A program made the position numbers and the translations under genes. DNA of 64,000 bases. Source: Nageia nagi (lineage: Eukaryota; Plantae; Pinophyta). Every line of letters begins with the position of its first letter. The first letter of the stretch is position 1. The notes beneath the pieces were generated by a model, which was given only the letters and a program-made list of their open reading frames with translations, did not search any database and was not told the DNA's origin. Of the stretch, positions 14,900 through 27,879 are shown piece after piece. The stretch is from assembly GCA_050084985.1 (NCBI GenBank), contig JBITNC010000002.1, positions 4,650,001 to 4,714,000 on the forward strand, in the 5' to 3' direction.

Positions 14900-16110
14900 T
14901 TTTTAGAGAAATTAAACAAAAAAGATATAATACAAGGGAATTCTATGATACATTATATTACTCATGTAATAAATAAATCAAAATAAGGAGTTATAGTAGG
15001 TTACTCATGTATGTTAACTACCAATAACAACTACTTACATAACTAATAAACAAGTTAATATATTATTCTAACATACTAATGTATCATTGTATTGTATTAA
15101 CATTCCCCCAATAATACATTAAGTTTTTAAATAACAAAAGAAAAAGCTCATAAACTACTAAAGTTTTCCATAATCAAGAGAGTTAGTGAAAACATCTACA
15201 ATTTACTCTTATGTGGAAAGCTAATGAAGCCAAATGTTGTGTAGTAAAATATGGTCATGAATAAATGTCACTTGTATCTCAATATTTTTGGTGAGATTGT
15301 AAAAATAGAATTGCAAACTAGTTTCAGTACACCCTAATTATTGTAATGCAAAATTGTAGGTTAACTATGTGGTATCCTAATATCTATCAAAATGCGACGT
15401 AACAATATTGCCTCATAAATAAAATCTATAGTAGCATGATACTTAAACTCTATGGTATATTTGGATATGATACTTTATTTATTGTTACTTCAAGAAATTA
15501 TTCTAGATCGAAGGAAGAACATCTATCCTATCATCAATCTCTTATCATCCAAGGATCCTCCATAATTTGCATTTGTACTTTATCCAATCAAGAAGAATTT
15601 ATCATTCTTCTTGTACTCTAGGCTATAAATATCGATACCATAGATGTATCTCAACACATTCTTAGCCATTGTCCAATGAGCTTTCTTAGGTTCATGCATA
15701 AACCTAGAGATATTACTAATAACATAACAAATATCTAGTTTGGTATATATAAGGTAAACTAACCATCCAATCAATTGATGATAGAGAGTTGCATTTACTA
15801 GTGGAGAACTATCATGGTATGATAAATGTAAACTAGGTTCAATAGTCTTAGGCATGGGTTGGCATTTTGTCATCCTGAACTTCTCCAATAGCCTCTTGGT
15901 ATACTTTATATGTGAAACAAATATGCAGTCTTGCATATTGCAAACCTCCAATCCAAGGTAATAATGAAGTAAACCAATATCATTCATAATTGTATTAAAT
16001 ATATTACAATCAAATATAGAAAAATGCAATGAAGTAATCCTAAGTAAAAAAAAAGTAATAATCTAATATATGTATGAATATGAAACTTGGGATAATAGCA
16101 CTACTAAGAT
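14900..16110 (-). mobile_element. Degenerate Ty1/copia RT-RNase H 3' end with PPT, interrupted at 16110 by a gypsy LTR
   Basis: ORF 15580-16029 (MNDIGLLHYYLGLEV, YHQLIGWLVYL, SRFMHEPKKAHW) is copia RT. RNase H remnants lie at 15170-15580. A minus-strand PPT (TATTGGGGGAA) is followed by TGTTAAT at 15102. Confidence 0.85.
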
Positions 16111-18608
16111 TGTTGGGTAAGATATATGAAAATGAACTTCAAAGAGAAATAAATCTAAGAGATATACTTGGACTACCTTACCTAGATGATCATTAATATG
16201 CATATAAGTAGATTTATCAGTATAATGAGATCGCAGGTGTGTGCTTTAGATGTAAATGCACTCTAGTAACCCGATGCTAACACTAGGTACAATATTGACA
16301 CTACACTCACTGCAAATTAGCTTTTTTAATCTAATATTGATAGTAGTATGATAATGCAACAAGCCTAATCTAGCATATAATTATAAAATATAATGACAAA
16401 GCTCTTGTGATAATAAGATCTAAATCTCAATAGGTGACATTGATGAGTACCTTAGAGTTTTGGTATGTATTGACTATCAATATAAAATGTGATAGCCTTA
16501 TAATGTATATATTTCCTCCTCTTATATGCAAGAAAACTCCCAGAATATTCTTATATAAGCCAATGTTAACACTAGGATTCTTTTATAACAAAAGAGAAAG
16601 AAGAAAATGAGAAGATGCTTAAGTCATCCAATATGGCATAAAATGAGATATAAGATTGAAATAATACATATTGTCCCTTAATTCATTTGGCAATTAATTT
16701 AGTATACAAATTTATCTAAATTAAGTATCAATAGTTGCCCCCCTTTGCAAGCTTAATTAAATGAAATGAAATTATGTTTGGAAAGGAGAGAACTAACTAG
16801 AGAGAAAAGAATACTCCCAAGGTATTAGAGAATCTTTTGGATTTTTAAATTTTGGATAAATTTAGAAGGTATTTCTCACCCCCTCTTTGCATTGATTATC
16901 ATCAGGAGAAGATTCAATGGGCTAGTACAATCAAATGCAAAGAACCTATAATAAGAAGATAAAAATAAAATCTCCAAAAAGCATATATATAATTCATCTC
17001 ATGGAATATAGCAGTAATAGTTAGGGCAATAATGAGATTAATATATTTTAAGTACATCATCATGGTAATACTAAATATCCTATTCATAGATTAAAATTAT
17101 CATTGTAACATTCAATACCCCATTCATGGTTATTAAATCTTACCATAAGTGATGGTTTACATCCCAACCAACAAAGAACTTAAAGTAAATCTTAAATAAT
17201 AGTTAATATCCCAACTAAAAATGGACTTAAAGAAAAATATCTTTACAATCTTAGATAATAATACCTGAACTTGCCCTTCATGATGGTCAATTTTACTTAT
17301 TGATAATGCAATATTAATATTTCGCTCAATGCTAACGCTATTACTTAAAGCTTGATGGAATTAAAATTAACTAAGGATGATCTTAAGGTTAAAATATTTC
17401 TTATGAAACTTTTATTCTTTTAGAAAATGACTTTATGATCTTTAAGGATTCTTATGTAAGAATCACTTGATTTAGATGGCAACTCTTTATACAGACTTAT
17501 CTTGAACTTCTTCAAAGATAGGAAATGCCCAAAGGTATATACTTATGGATAAAGGACTTGACAATGATTCTAAACTTTATATGAACTTACAAAGAACATA
17601 GTGTTGACACTAGATACAAAATTCCATTATGAACTTATAGACCAATAAACAGACTTATGAGATACTTCTAAGCTGACCTTAAATAGAAAATAAAAATTGA
17701 AAAGATCATGGCTTAAGTTGATGCATAGAAGGGCTTGTGATGTATTTCATTAATAGAGTGATCATCCAACTTTCCTTCTATAATTTGCAACTTATAAGCT
17801 CCATTTTTATACTCTACAAAAATATAGGGTCTAATCCAATTAGATATAAATTTACCTTTGTCTTCCTTTTTTTTTAGTCTTAGTCTTATGATGATTCTCC
17901 TTAAGGACTAAATCAATAACCTTTAAATTATTTTGCCTAATATTATTGGTATATGCTCTTTTGATTCATCATGATACATTCTAAGATGCTCTAATATATT
18001 TATCCTCTTTTCATCGAGACTTTCTAATTGTCTTAGTCTTGCTTTCCTTTGATCTTCATCATTCATGGCATGCCTTCTAGGTAAACCCTTAAAGATGGCA
18101 TTTATAAATTCAAAGGAAGAAAAAACTCATCTCCATAAACTAATTAAAATGGGGTGAATCCTATAGTTGATCTTATATTTTTCATGTATGCCCATAAGCA
18201 TTTTACAACAATTCATGCCAATATCTTCCATGCTTCTAAACTGTCTTACAAAGAATGTTAATAATAGTCTTATTTTTAGCTTCCACCAGATCATTCTCTT
18301 GGGGGTAATACGGAGATGAGATTTCTTTCTTGATATTAAATATATTATATAAATTACTTACTTCCTTTCCTCTAAAATGCTTTCCATTATCTATAAATAT
18401 TTGATTAGGCACACCAAATCTTGAAATGCTATACTTAGTTAAGAACTTCATAATTTGATGACCTTTTGATGATCTTAATGGAGGTGCATTTACCCACTTT
18501 GAAAATTATTAATTAGTTGTAATAATAAACTTATGCCCCTCCCTTAATCTAAGAGTAGTAACACATACTAAATCTATAACCAAAAAAGAGAAGGGTTAAA
18601 GAAGAACA

Positions 18609-19109
18609 TGAGAGAATTGAACTATAGCATGAACAACTCTAAACTCCCAAGATCACATGAAAGCTCATAATACATATCTAACAAACTAACAAAGCAATCT
18701 CACAAAGATAACACAAAATGTAAGTGGTTCCTCCAACTAGGAGTATATCCACTAACTAGATCTTTACTTCAATCACAAATACAACTCTCTTACAATCCTC
18801 TTAATCTCAACTCCTAAACACTATCCTCTAGCACAACTTTACTCCACAAATCAGTGTGTGATCACAAAGAGGGAGCCTTCTATTTATAGGCCAAAATCAC
18901 TCTTTGGATCACCCTTTTATCCAATATACAAAAGCATGGCATGCACATCCTTTTACCCAAGGGCATGCTTATGACATGGAGTGTGGAAAAAGTTACATTA
19001 TCATATTCACTTAAATACTTAAGGTATCAAATGATACCCTTAAGTATTAGTGAACCTACATAGAATATTATTACATAACCTTTACAATAATGCATTCTAC
19101 ATTCCAACA
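18609..19109 (-). repeat. 3' LTR of nested copia
   Basis: TG...CA termini, direct repeat of 22511-23012, TATA-like CTATAAATAG on the - strand at ~18879-18888. Confidence 0.95.
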
Positions 19110-22100
19110 TTCCCCCTTAATGCAATATTGGGATAGAGCAAATAAGAGAGAAGAGAGAGAGAAAGTAAGAGAGTTATCCTCCAAATAAATACAATGGAGA
19201 TAAGAATTTTTTACATATTTGTAAATTAAGAAAGATATAATTTGAGACTCAATACTTTGCCAAATACAATCATTAATCACAACTGATTTCAATGTACATG
19301 AAGTAGTCATTCAACTCAAAGTCATGAAAAGTTTCCAAGAGCCTACATATATGAGGTAAGTAACCTATAATCTCAAAGGAACCTGCAATTCATAAGCAGC
19401 TCAAATAACAAGATCAGTTAGATGCAACATATTCATCTCAACAAAGATAGATGAATCATACAAATGCCATCATGAACTGATCAATGGTGCACTATAAGTC
19501 ATCATGAAGATGCCATGCCAAAAACTCATAATCACCTACTATATATAAAACATGTGTTGATTGTCATTACAAAATAAAGCATGCACATACAAGTTCCTCA
19601 CATATGGATAACTGAATAGTGCTAAAAGACACATAAGAGTTCCTCACACATGGATAACTGAACAGTGCTAGATTGGCCAATCTTTTTGCTTTTAAATATT
19701 TTGTACAAGTTCTTCATGCAAAGCGAACTTACCATGAAAGTTTACAACAAAATCAACACTATACAGCACAAAATCCTCCTAAAGGTGAAGTTATCATCAC
19801 AAAATTCACTCCCCCTTGAGGGCAACTTCACCAACTTGATAGCATCCCTAAGCTTATAGAATTAAGCTTTTGGGAGCAGCTTGGTGAACAAATTAGCAAA
19901 GTTTAAGATGGATGGACAATATTTCAGGTGTATGATGCGATTAAGAACCTTCTCGCTAATAAAATGGGCATGGATTTCCATATGTTTTATTCTCTTATGG
20001 AACACATGATTCTTATCCAAAGAAATAGCCAACTGATTATCTAAAAAAATCAAAGATGAGCCACCTTACTCATACCTAATTTTTTCAAAAGATGCCTTAG
20101 CCAAATGGCTTCCTAGGCTACAACAAACATAGCATGGTATTCAGCTTCTATGGTGGAAAGAGAAATAATAGGCTACTTCTTGTAAGCTTAAGAGATAGCA
20201 CCTGAACCAATGCTAAACACATACGTAGAGGTTGATTTCCTGTCATCTCTATCTCCCCCATAGTCAAAATCTAAGAATCTAGAGAGAACAAACATGGCCA
20301 ACTTAGAATACTTGAGAGCAAGATCTTTAGTCCCTACAACATACCTTAAGATTTACTTAACAACATTGAGTTGCTCAACATATGGTTTCTGCATGAATCG
20401 AGCTATCAAATTCACTACAAAGGCAATATTTGTCCTGGATATAGTCAAATACAAAAGACTACTAATTAATTTCTTATAAGCTATAGTATTAACTAACTGA
20501 GAGTTAGGGCTAAGAGAAATAATGATTATTGAAGAGATTGGGATCGTAGCATATCTACACTCCTCCATTCCAAACTTCTGTAAGATATCCAATATATACT
20601 AAGATTAATTGATTGAAGTAAGTTCAATCTTTGTATTGATACACTTGCATTTTAAGATAGTAGTGCAAGAGACCAAGATCAATCATTTCGAATGTTGCCT
20701 TAAGTTTGGATATGCACTCTTGAATGATTTCTTCATTATTCCTAGTTATCAAAAGATCATCCACATAAAGGAGAATCAAAACCATATCTTTTCTTTGATT
20801 GAGCACATATAGATCAGAGTTAAAAAAATACTTAGAGAAATCAATGTCTCAAAATACTTTGAAATCTTCTTATACTAGGTTCTAGGTGCTTACTTAAGTC
20901 CATACAATGAATTCTTTAGCTTGCACATAAAGGATTCTTTACCTTCCATAATAAACCCTTCTGGTTGATTTATGAAGATTTACACATCTAAGTCACCATT
21001 GAGAAATGCACTCTTGATGTCAAGTTGCAAAGCTTTCCATCCTTGAGCTGCAGCAAAAGCAAGGATAATCCTCACAATAGGCATCTTTGCCATGGGAGAA
21101 AAGGTCTCCTTATAATCTACATCGTATTTCTGAGCAAAACCTTTAGTTACTAACTTTGCCTTGTATTTTTCAATATCTCCAACTGAATTGAACTTGACCT
21201 TGTAGATCCACTTATTGCCAATCACATTCTTCTCTTTAGGATAAGGAACTAAGTTCCAAGTTTTATTTTTCATAAGCACCTCATACTCCACTTTCATGGA
21301 TTCCATATAGAACTCATGGTTAGAAGCTTCTTTGAAGGATGAGGGCTCATGCTTGTTGTCTATATTGGCAAATAAAGATTTGTTCAAGGTCATGCTCCTT
21401 ATTACCCTTGCATTCGACTAGCACCTCCTGCCTACATCTCCCTTCTTTGCACCTTGCCTTCAAGTCCAACCTTGCAGCTCAATGTTCTAGGCATCACCTG
21501 AGAAATTCACTCAACCCTCTAATCCTCCATGTTGCTTCTTTTTTCTTTCATGTTATTTGCCTAGTCCTAATGTAGTCGTCTAAACCCCTCTCCTATACAA
21601 TCTATCATCCTCCTTATTGCCTCGCCACTCGCAACCCCTTGTTGGTGCCCTACTCCTCGTCACCCTCTCTTAGACAATCTGCCACCTCTCCTTGTTGATT
21701 TCCTTCTCTTTTGTTTTTTAAAAAATATATATAATAATTTTTTAACCTATGCTTATTGAGCATTTAATTTTTCAAAATGCTTGCAAGTCTTCTCTTTACT
21801 CAATGCACTCAGAAGCTTTAATTACTTGCATAGCATATACTCAAAGTTATTTTAATAATCTTGTCTCTTTCCATTTTAAATTACCTTGAGCCTTAAGGCA
21901 AAATGATAACTTGTACTTAAGTGCATTCTAAGGTAATTTAGACATTTTTTTAGTAATTTATCTTTCAATAACTTTTTTTTGAAATCTTAATGGGTATTCT
22001 CTTTGGTAAAAGTTTTTTAAGCATAAGCTATTTTTTTAGTCAAAATTCTAAGGTAATTTAAAAAAAAAAATTGCAGGTAACCAAATAAAGATTAGTATAA

Positions 22101-22510
22101 ACAAATTAGTTGCATCATATTGCTAGTTCTAAGTATATTTAGAAAAATGAACTAGCACATAAAAAAAATGTTAGTGTTAATATTACACAATTTTTCTATA
22201 CTAACTCTATTTTTTTTAATAATTTTTTTTAAAAATATTGCAAGTAACATAGGAGGTTAGTATATATAAAAAAATGTGCTAATCATATTTTGCCAAAAAA
22301 AAATTTTAACACATAGCAACTAATATATTTGTAGCATAATGCAATAATCCAAAATAAAAAAAGGAACGAAGGATGTTTATACCTTCGCAATACTTTTACC
22401 TCAACAAGAATGTAGAAAGACTTCCAAGATGAAGAGAGCTTCCACACCAAGAAGAAGAGCTTCCACACCAAGGATGTGAAGAGGAGCTTACAAGTTGCTC
22501 TGATACCAAA

Positions 22511-23012
22511 TGAAAGAATTGAACTATAGCATGAACAACTCTAAAATCCCAAGATCACATGAAAGCTCACAATACACATCTAACAAACTCACAAAGTAAT
22601 CTCACAAAGATAACACAAGATGTAAGTGGTTCCTCCAACTTGGAGTACATTCACTAACTAGATCTTTACTTCAATCACAAATACAACTTTCTTATAATCC
22701 TGCTAATCTCAACTCCTAAGCACTATCCTCTAGCACAACTTTACTCTACAAATTGATGTGTGATCACAAAGAAGGAGCCTTATATTTATAGGCCAAAATC
22801 TCTCTTTGGGTCATCTTTTTATTCAATGTACAAAAGCATGGCATGCACATCCTTTTACCCAAGGGGCATGCTCATGACATGGAGTGTAGGGCAAGTTACA
22901 TTATCATATTCACTTAAATACTTAAGGTATCAAATGATACCCTTAAGTATTAGTGAACTTACATAGAAGATTATTACATAACCTTTACAATAATGCATTA
23001 TACATTCCAATA
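22511..23012 (-). repeat. 5' LTR of nested copia
   Basis: Direct repeat of 18609-19109, adjacent to the Met-i PBS. The terminal CA has decayed to TA. Confidence 0.95.
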
Positions 23013-24599
23013 GATACATTAAATGAAGTTCTTGTGAAAGAGTTAACTAAAGATTTACATACTTTTGACACTTCACATATATTCTTAGATGGATAATGCA
23101 AACTTTTTTAATTTATGAACAATAATAACCTAAGATTAAAAGCTTATGATAGATAGTCTTACCATTAAATTGGATTCCACTCACACTATCATGTACTTGT
23201 TCCATCTCTTGTTCATCTTCTTCGTGGAGTAAACATCTAAGCAATGTACCTTCAAAATATATTCTATAAATCAAATCACTAATTAAAACATAAATGTATT
23301 AAACCTTATCCTTTTAAGCTTCTTGATCCTTGTCCTTTTAAGTTTCTTTTCTTTAGCCTTATATTCTTTAGGAATGATACCATCTTTGAAATAATCATAA
23401 ATGTCTTTATACCATCCATCACATTGAATAACAAAACATGCTAAGGAGTTTTCATTATGATTAAAATTTGAATCAATGTGATCTTTATGTAAAGGTCTCT
23501 TCAAGATTGTAATCTTTATTATAGTGTAGACACTAAGAAATAGGGCCTTTTTCATGCCCTCAAACACACTAAACTTCGCCTCAAGCCATTCATAAACTTA
23601 ACATTTACAAAAATCATTTTGATACCACCAAAATGGTACAAGATTTAAAACTAGCATTAAACTTAGGACTAATTAAAGTAAATTAATCCTAAATTCCCTA
23701 GCCTACATTAGAAAAGTCATGTTCATGTGCATATGTACATTAGTGTCCAAAATGGTCACTATTCTACCTTCCAAAATAAATAGTGGAAGCAAAAATAATT
23801 CTAATGGAAAAAAATAACTTTAAGTAATCCCCATTGGACCAAAGCTTACAAAACCAATCTAATAACAACATGAAAAAATAGGGATGCCACATCACCCTAC
23901 TCCTTCCAAAATCTCTTTAAAAGGGCCAAACGAAATATAAATGTATAGAGCCCCAAAAGAAGAAAATTTTCGTCAATGAAATAAAAGAAAAGCTACATGC
24001 CAATATGGATACCAAATCATACAAAAAAGATAAAGGTTGACGAATAAGGTGGCCTTGTCCCATGAACACATAACCCATGGAACCCATATATGAGCAAACT
24101 TGCTTAGCACACTAGCCACCTCTCCACCTCTACATATAGAGGTTCAATATTGGAATTAGGAGAGGCTTGGAGAAAAATACAAACATATGCTCAATTAGGA
24201 GAAAGTTAAATTTTTAAAGTACATCATGTTGTGACCTGCACAACACACCCCTATAAGAAGCCCCATCTACTTGAAAAGATCTAATAACTTTTTATCTTAA
24301 ATTTAAAATATTTGTTAAAAGGGATTGATTATATTTTTGATCAAGCAAACTTAAGTCCTTATGCACACCTATTTTACCTAAAGTCTTATATAAGTATATG
24401 CCTTATATGTTCTAAAATTTGAATATAAATAAAGCCAAATTATATTTTTACACCTATAGTATACATTCGTTTAAAAAGATAGTATATTATTTTGGTAATT
24501 TTATTCTAAGATAATATTAGTAACCCCTTTAGAATTTTTGAGCAAATATTATTTTCTCTAATATATTTATGCCTATTATTGAATCACTGCCACATCTAA

Positions 24600-26165
24600 A
24601 TGCATGAGTACTATGAATGATGTATATGTTCAGCACAGATGAATGTAGAGGATACTGCCTGTATTTATATTCTACAGAGATAAAGAAATATTGAGTGGTG
24701 GTGGCCGAATTTTGATGTTTGTATGAATTTTCCTATGCAAATTCAGATATGCACTGTGAGGTGAGTCATCGATTGTAACACTGTACAGAGTATATTACGT
24801 GTGTCTCAATCAGGCCTTTGCAAGAGTTCCTGATGCCAAACCCGCAGTTGTATTTACACTTCCAGACATGCTTAATGGCGGCCAAATATTTATGTCTATA
24901 TAAGTCAAAATATGCTTTGCGTATTTTAGCCTCTTCATAGGGTCATTGGCGAGTTACGAACTATTGAGGATCCACCATTTAGTTTGAGTTGATTCTTTGT
25001 TGAATTACAATCTCAGAGATGCATTGATCAAGGGATGCAGATACTGTCTTAGTAAATACAATAAAAATTGCAGGATTTACGCAGGATGGATCCTTAGACC
25101 TGACCTGTAAATTGCTAGTTCAAATGTTTTACTGAAAAGCACTTTCCAATGTATGCAAATCTGCAGAATTTGTTGAAACCATAGATGAAAACATAAGGAC
25201 TAGTGTGAATTAATAATTATAGTATGCAAAATTCTAATTCAGTTTACATAAAGTGACATTTAAAAACATAAGGACTAGTGTGAATTGTGCGAAAGTAATA
25301 TTCAACACAAATTCCTTTTGATGGACGATTGATGGAATTGTATTATTGTTAAAGTATGAGTAACAGGGGCAATTGTGGAACAAACTCAAAAGAGATGGGA
25401 GTATAAGGAGCATCCATGAATTATTTGAAAAGAATGATCAAATGGCATCTAATCTTCAAACATTTATAGTGACCATTTCAGAGAATGCATTAATCATAAT
25501 AATTATTTGCCAGAATTAAAATACAGGTCTGCAAAGATGAAAGCAGTTTTGAAGGAAAAGGGAGCTAGAACTTAAAACCCCACATCTTCCTCTGTATTCA
25601 ACGAAATTATAATATGAATACAATTCAGGAACCTCTTTAGGTGGTCTATGAGATGTATGGAGGAAGTTTTATGTTGCAAAGTTTCTATTACTTGTAGTTC
25701 TTTGGTAAAGTTCAGTTCAAATAGAGCCTGCGAATTATTCGACATAATGCTTGAAACTCTCGAAGTCAGCTATTATAGCTGGGAGATAGATAACAATAGT
25801 TGTTAGATTTCTTGCAAATCAACCTAACTCTCACAAGAGAAATTGTAGATAAAAAGAAAATGAGGTACTGACAGTGGTGATGATGTTTACAGTAAACAAA
25901 AGTCTGATACCATTCTGAGCTGGAAGAAGAGAACTAAGAGTTTCTATCTTATGTGAGAGATCTCGATATCGTACAATTCTTTTAAAAAGAAAATCAAAAC
26001 AAGAAGGTTGTAGAAGTTCATGTTGGCAGAGATGTGGGGCAAAGTTTGGATGCAGAGCTACAGAAGTCGGTCAATAAGATAATAGATCAAATCTTATTGC
26101 TATCAATGCTAGTTGAAGATTCAAGACTTCAATGCTGGACAAAGATCAGGTCTAAACTGATAGGG
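24600..26165. other. Possible decayed host-gene fragment (coiled-coil-like), unassigned
   Basis: Retains more CG/CHG sites than the flanking TEs. The + strand gives protein-like broken frames (ELEEEN*EFLSYVRDLDIVQFFLKRK; KVVEVHVGRDVGQSLDAELQKSVNKIIDQILLL). No family recognised. Confidence 0.3.
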
Positions 26166-27750
26166 TTTATTTCATTAAATATATATAATCTTTAATGCTT
26201 TCATTTTATTATAGAAAGATATTTTGTAATAGTTATTGTAGACACTAAATTATGATTACAATGAAGAAACACAACAATTATTATAATATCTAGGATGTAA
26301 CACTTATTCAAGATTAATATGATTAATACAAGAAAAATGTGCACCTCGAATGTATGTGTGTAATGGAGCTATGTACAATCCTTAAGGTATGGTATATATA
26401 TGTAAAGGATCAGACTAGATTTGAAATGAAGCTATGAAGATATTCTATTACCTCGATCAATGCTTGTTGTTCCCCAAATTTGTTGCCCTAGATCACAAAG
26501 AGTCATAATGCCAATGCCATAGTTACAAGTCCTTTCACGATGCAAGTGTTGCAAGATTTATAGTAGTAAAGCATGTGAAAGAGATAGCATGTAACCAAGA
26601 GCTAAGAGCATAACAAATTCTCATATAAGTGGCATCGAGAGAGACCATAAGTGTGATGATATGGGAAAACTACCTACCAAAGAGACCTGATAGGGATGTC
26701 AACCTCCAACTCCTCCATTTATAACCCGCAAGAACATAAAGATAACTACAAGTCGACTCATAGAAAAAATATAATCTTTGTAATATTCAAGATACTTGTA
26801 CACATAAATCATGGTTAAAAAGATTACATTGGACTTAGCACATGATATGACCTTGTAATAACATCATTATCTTGACTTTAGTAGTATTGTTATTTATTTT
26901 GTAGAGATATCTAACATATGATTTATCAAATAATTAATAAATCATTTTGAGGCATCTACATTTTTCCCTTTTTTAGATATGGAATGAAAAAGCATTTTGA
27001 AATTAAATAATCCAAAGAAATATATAGAATTAAAAAAAAAAACCAATAGTAAAGTGTACTTCCCTAAAATCTAAATGGTCCTACTAAGGTAATGAATCAT
27101 TAGTTCCTACTTAGACAATTGCTAATGTATCAATATTGGAGTCTACAAAAAGTAGTAGCCAATATCTCAACATTAGTTCTCATGTAAGCAATGGCCAACA
27201 AGCCATCATTAAAGTGGTCCCATGGAATAATTGCTATGTCGAGTACATGATATCTCATTTACCCTCTTTTTTCCTTGATTTTCCTAGGATGAGTCTTCAA
27301 ATGGGGAAATCAAGCCAAAAGCACATATTTCAAGTGGATGATGCTTTCTCCAAGATGATATGTAAGAATAAAAAAGATAATAATTGCATAGATTACATGC
27401 ATTTAAAGAATAATTAGTATAAGAGCAAGGATGAAATTAACATAATATTCGCATTGTACACTATCACCAACATGGCCAATAACCTATATGAAGTAGTATC
27501 CAAGCAAAGAGATCAAATCATACCCCAAGCTTGGAATAGAAATCAAGATCATATGAAATTATGACTTGTAATTCTAAGAAAACTTGTGCTCATGGGGTTT
27601 CCATGGCATTTATTCGGAAACTTTGTTAGTAGAAAATGAATTGCATTTGAGACATAGTCATGAAGAAATCAAATGCTATAGAAATACAAAATGCTAAATT
27701 TTCAGAGTATAGAGTGGTCTATGAGAAATGAAACGAAGATTTCATTCACA

Positions 27751-27751
<1 letters not shown>

Positions 27752-27781
<30 letters not shown>
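27752..27781 (+). repeat. (CA)15 microsatellite
   Basis: Perfect CA run seen directly. Confidence 0.95.
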
Positions 27782-27786
<5 letters not shown>

Positions 27787-27879
27787 TGTTGAACATGTTT
27801 AATCAAAATAATTAATCTCTTGTAGCATTGGAATGTTACCTGATAAAGTCCACAATACAATAAATCTTTTGCATATCCA

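Larger units (their letters stand above)
18609..23012 (-). mobile_element. Ty1/copia LTR retrotransposon with both LTRs, Met-i PBS and PPT, internally deleted (RT/RNase H only)
   Basis: Direct repeats 18609-19109 and 22511-23012 are ~500 bp with about 35-40 differences by manual count. PBS TGGTATCAGAGC on - at ~22497-22508 and PPT TTAAGGGGGAA at 19110-19120. RT ORFs: 20980-21393 (KAKLVTKGFAQ, QLDIKSAFLNG), 20624-20806 (LYVDDL), 20353-20592. RNase H 19862-20053 (FHKRIKHMEIH). Confidence 0.95.
16111..23600 (-). mobile_element. Degenerate Tat/Ogre-like gypsy integrase region, 3' UTR, PPT and 3' LTR (16111-16733); host of a nested copia
   Basis: Integrase ORF 18236-18451 (SRFGVPNQIFIDNGKHF, SSPYYPQEND.VEAKNK) and ORF 23283-23567 (WYKDIYDYFKDG) lie either side of the nested copia. 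Minus-strand PPT AAAGGGGGCAAC at ~16734-16746. LTR termini TGTTG (16111) and CAATA (16733). Confidence 0.8.
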
